Origin: an uncultured bacterium
GTDB taxonomy: Bacteria; Margulisbacteria; WOR-1; CAVSGV01
Direction of reading: 5' to 3'
Assembly: GCA_963768305.1 (NCBI GenBank)
Contig: CAVYHE010000001.1
Coordinates: forward strand, 1-13,815
Length of the DNA: 13,815 bases
Shown in pieces: positions 11,161 through 13,815 of the stretch (its first letter is position 1; each line of letters opens with the position of its first letter). The notes below the pieces were generated by a model. That model saw only the letters and a list, made by a program, of their open reading frames with translations, had not been told where the DNA came from and made no database searches. Made by a program: the position numbers and the translations under genes.

Positions 11161-11212
11161 TCCGCCTTCGCAAATGTTTCACGTGAAACATTTTAAGGCT
11201 TCGGCGGACAGG
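11161..11212. repeat. 52-bp REP-like insert splitting a second parS
   Basis: Flanks TGTTTCA (11154-11160) and CGTGAAACA (11213-11221) rejoin into a perfect parS. The insert has arms TCCGCC/GGCGGA and a CAGG tail. Confidence 0.75.
11175..11190. promoter_or_regulatory. parS centromere-like site (ParB binding)
   Basis: Perfect TGTTTCACGTGAAACA; the palindrome extends to 11172-11193. Origin-proximal. Confidence 0.95.
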
Positions 11213-11235
11213 CGTGAAACATTAAGCTTTTATAT

Positions 11236-11865
11236 ATGAACATAATTCATTCTTTATCATTATGGATGCTTGATGCGCTCAAGTTCTTTTTCAGCATCAG
11301 CGGGAACTGGGGCATCGCGATAATATTGCTTACCGTTGCGGTAAAATTCGCTCTTTATCCTCTTACCCTGCAATCAACCAAACAGATGGGTGCCATGCAA
11401 AAGCTACAGCCGAAACTGGAAGCATTGCAAAAGAAACTAAAAGACCAGCCGGACAAGCTTCAAAAGGAAACAATGGAGCTGTATAAAAGCGAAGGCGTTA
11501 ACCCCCTGGGCGGATGCCTTCCCATGCTGCTTCAAATTCCCATATTCCTGGCCTTGTTCTTTGCCCTTACAAGCAAGGAATTTGCTGCTATTCTGGCTAC
11601 AGCGGGCTCAAGCGCTCAGATATTCTGGATAGCCGACCTTGCAAAACCAGATGCTACATATATTCTTGTTGCATTGATAGCCTTATCGACCTACTGGTCA
11701 TCATTGACCATGCCGGGGGCAGGGAAGCAGCAAAAAAGCATGCTTTATTTCATGCCGGCCTTTATAGCTATGATTAGCGTTAAGTTCCCGGCCGGGGTCC
11801 AGCTTTACTGGGTTGTACAAAATCTGCTGACGGTCGCTCAGCAGATGTATATTTTAAGGAAATAG
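11236..11865 (+). CDS. yidC: Membrane protein insertase YidC (minimal, 209 aa)
   Basis: NWGIAIILLT, LQPKLEALQKK, ELYKSEGVNPLGGCLPMLLQIPIF, WIADLAKPD, PAGVQLYW. Confidence 0.95.
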   Translation: MNIIHSLSLWMLDALKFFFSISGNWGIAIILLTVAVKFALYPLTLQSTKQMGAMQKLQPKLEALQKKLKDQPDKLQKETMELYKSEGVNPLGGCLPMLLQIPIFLALFFALTSKEFAAILATAGSSAQIFWIADLAKPDATYILVALIALSTYWSSLTMPGAGKQQKSMLYFMPAFIAMISVKFPAGVQLYWVVQNLLTVAQQMYILRK

Positions 11866-11909
11866 CCCTTCGATAGGACATCGACGAGTTCAGTCGAGTC
11901 GGTCAGGGC
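11865..11909. repeat. Nested REP-like palindrome in the yidC-jag spacer
   Basis: GCCCTTCGATAG [GACATCGAC-GAGTTCA-GTCGAGTC] GGTCAGGGC, with outer arms GCCCT/AGGGC and inner arms GAC(A)TCGAC/GTCGAGTC. Confidence 0.6.
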
Positions 11910-11922
11910 AAGGAGGGAAAAT

Positions 11923-12567
11923 ATGTCCGGTAGCGTTAAAATGAAAGGGAAAACGGTTGATGAGGCTGTGAGCATGGCGCTCCAGGTCCTTGGAAAAACA
12001 CGGGAAGAGGTGGATGTGAAGGTAATAAATGAAGCGGAAGGCGGAATGTTAGGCGTTTTTGGCGGAAAAGAGGCAGAAGTTGAGGTTTCATTGAAGTTAC
12101 CGGTGGGGGACGAAGCAAAAGCTATTGTTCAGGATATTTTGGACAAGATGGGCTTTTTGACCCTAGTATCGATGAAAAATGAGGAAAACGACACCGTTTG
12201 GCTCGATATAAAAGGAGAGGATATGGGAAGGATCATAGGTAGGGCAGGCACGACCATCGATTCCCTTCAATATCTTTCTTCTCTTATTCTCAGCAAAAAG
12301 CATTCTAAAAGGGTCAGGGTGCTTGTTGACGCCGAAGGATACAGGGAAAAAAGGCAAAAAGTCGTTTCCCAGGACGCTGATATTATCGCAAAAGAAGTGG
12401 AAAAATCAGGCAAAGAAAAGGCATTCCCACCCATGTCTGCCGCTGACAGAAGGATCATTCATATGTATATTCAGGAAAACTACCCAAATTTGACCTCTTT
12501 CAGCAAGGGCGAAGGCTCGAACAGGCACCTTGTTATCGCCCCTAAAGGTTCTTCGGCGGAAGCATAG
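11923..12567 (+). CDS. jag: Jag/EloR/KhpB RNA-binding protein (Jag_N, KH, R3H)
   Basis: GKTVDEAV (Jag_N), IIGRAGTTIDSLQYL (KH GxxG), PMSAADRRIIH (R3H), SFSKGEG; SD AAGGAGG. Confidence 0.95.
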   Translation: MSGSVKMKGKTVDEAVSMALQVLGKTREEVDVKVINEAEGGMLGVFGGKEAEVEVSLKLPVGDEAKAIVQDILDKMGFLTLVSMKNEENDTVWLDIKGEDMGRIIGRAGTTIDSLQYLSSLILSKKHSKRVRVLVDAEGYREKRQKVVSQDADIIAKEVEKSGKEKAFPPMSAADRRIIHMYIQENYPNLTSFSKGEGSNRHLVIAPKGSSAEA

Positions 12568-12584
12568 CCAAAGGAGAAGGACCA

Positions 12585-13815
12585 TTGCTTTCTGACACTA
12601 TTACCGCCATTGCAACGCCTCTGGGCGGGGAAGGTGGCATAGGAATAGTCAGAATAAGCGGTCCCGATTCATTTAAGATCTTACAAGCTATATTCAAACC
12701 TTCTTCAAGGGAACAACTTACGAGCCATACCGTCCAACATGGCTGGATCTTTGATAACGCTAACATGGTAGACGAAGTCGTTGTTACATACATGGCGGGC
12801 CCTAGAAGCTATACAGGCGAGGACGTTATCGAGATTAGCTGTCATGGCGGAGGAAAAGTGCTGAATTGTGTGCTTGAGCTGGCCTTGAAAGCCGGGGCCA
12901 GGCTTGCCCAGAGGGGGGAGTTTACCAAAAGGGCGTTTTTGAACGGTAGGATAGACCTTTCCCAGGCAGAGGCCGTCATCGACCTCATTAAAGCCAGGAC
13001 AAAACAGGGAGCTTTGCTTGCAGCTTCTCAACTTTCCGGCTCTTTATCAAATAAAATTGGCTCTATCAGAGACCCTCTTAAAAGCCTATTAGCCGAAATA
13101 GAAGCCTCCATAGACTTCCCGGACGAAATTTCCGATGTCCCATCCGGCAATGCAACAAACACGCTCAATACGGCCTTAAATGCGCTTAAAGAGCTCATCA
13201 AAACCGCCGACCTGGGCAAGGCAATAAGAGAGGGGGTCTCTCTTGCCATAATTGGGAAGCCAAATGTCGGGAAATCCAGCCTTTTGAACGTGCTAGTAAG
13301 GGAAAACAGAGCCATTGTCAGTGAAGAGCCAGGAACGACGCGAGATGTCATTCAGGAAACTGTCAATATCCGCGGGGTACCATTTGTAATACATGACACT
13401 GCTGGGATCAGGGACCCATTGAGCAAGGTTGAAGGCATTGGCATCGAAAAGGCAAAAACGGCGATTGACAAGGCCGACATAATCCTTCTGGTCATCGATA
13501 TTTCTGGGCCATTGGCCCATGAAGACCTCAACCTTATCCAGGCGACCAGGGCCCTTAAAAGGTTAATCGTCCTTAATAAGGCTGATTTGCCCCACATTAT
13601 CAAGCACAAAGAAATACTTGAGAAAGCCGGGGACGGCACCCCGATTATTGAAATTTCAGCCTTAACTGGTGGCGGGGTAGGGGAGCTTGAAAACTCGATC
13701 TTTGACTCTGTCGTCAGGAATAAAGTAGTGGCGGACAACACCGAAATAATGATAAACTTAAGGCACAATGAGGCGCTCCTTCGGGCTCAGGAGTCGCTTG
13801 ATAATAGCTTAAGGG
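12585..13815 (+). CDS. mnmE: tRNA modification GTPase MnmE (3' end outside the window; not in the ORF track)
   Basis: TTG start after AAGGAG. Motifs DTITAIATP, GIGIVRISG, SYTGEDVIEISCHGG, GEFTKRAFLNGRIDLSQAEA, GKPNVGKS, GTTRD, DTAGIR, NKADL. Confidence 0.97.
   Translation, partial: MLSDTITAIATPLGGEGGIGIVRISGPDSFKILQAIFKPSSREQLTSHTVQHGWIFDNANMVDEVVVTYMAGPRSYTGEDVIEISCHGGGKVLNCVLELALKAGARLAQRGEFTKRAFLNGRIDLSQAEAVIDLIKARTKQGALLAASQLSGSLSNKIGSIRDPLKSLLAEIEASIDFPDEISDVPSGNATNTLNTALNALKELIKTADLGKAIREGVSLAIIGKPNVGKSSLLNVLVRENRAIVSEEPGTTRDVIQETVNIRGVPFVIHDTAGIRDPLSKVEGIGIEKAKTAIDKADIILLVIDISGPLAHEDLNLIQATRALKRLIVLNKADLPHIIKHKEILEKAGDGTPIIEISALTGGGVGELENSIFDSVVRNKVVADNTEIMINLRHNEALLRAQESLDNSLR

Noticed and set aside
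10838..13768. Minus-strand and alternative-frame ORFs over rnpA, yidD, yidC, jag and mnmE
   Set aside because: Shadow ORFs of genuine plus-strand genes.

Overview
This window is a bacterial chromosomal replication origin. The minus strand carries dnaA-dnaN-recF-DUF721/DciA-gyrB-gyrA-GerMN lipoprotein-VanZ. The plus strand carries rpmH-rnpA-yidD-yidC-jag-mnmE; rpmH and mnmE are missing from the ORF track, and mnmE runs off the window end. DnaA boxes lie on both sides of dnaA, and the dnaA-dnaN spacer has an AT-rich unwinding element with DnaA-trio-like repeats. There is a perfect sigma70 promoter before rpmH and a perfect parS between yidD and yidC. gyrA is broken by two single-base insertions, most likely sequence errors. 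The most unusual signal is non-coding: four intergenic spacers (3500-3543, 10248-10339, 11152-11223, 11865-11909) each hold a nested palindrome, a short hairpin sitting inside another palindrome. In one of them a parS is split by a 52-bp insert that itself contains an intact parS. Two of the inserts share a hairpin+CAGG architecture, which suggests an undescribed family of palindrome-targeting REP-like mini-elements. The gene set looks Terrabacteria-like, but taxonomy cannot be established from the window alone.
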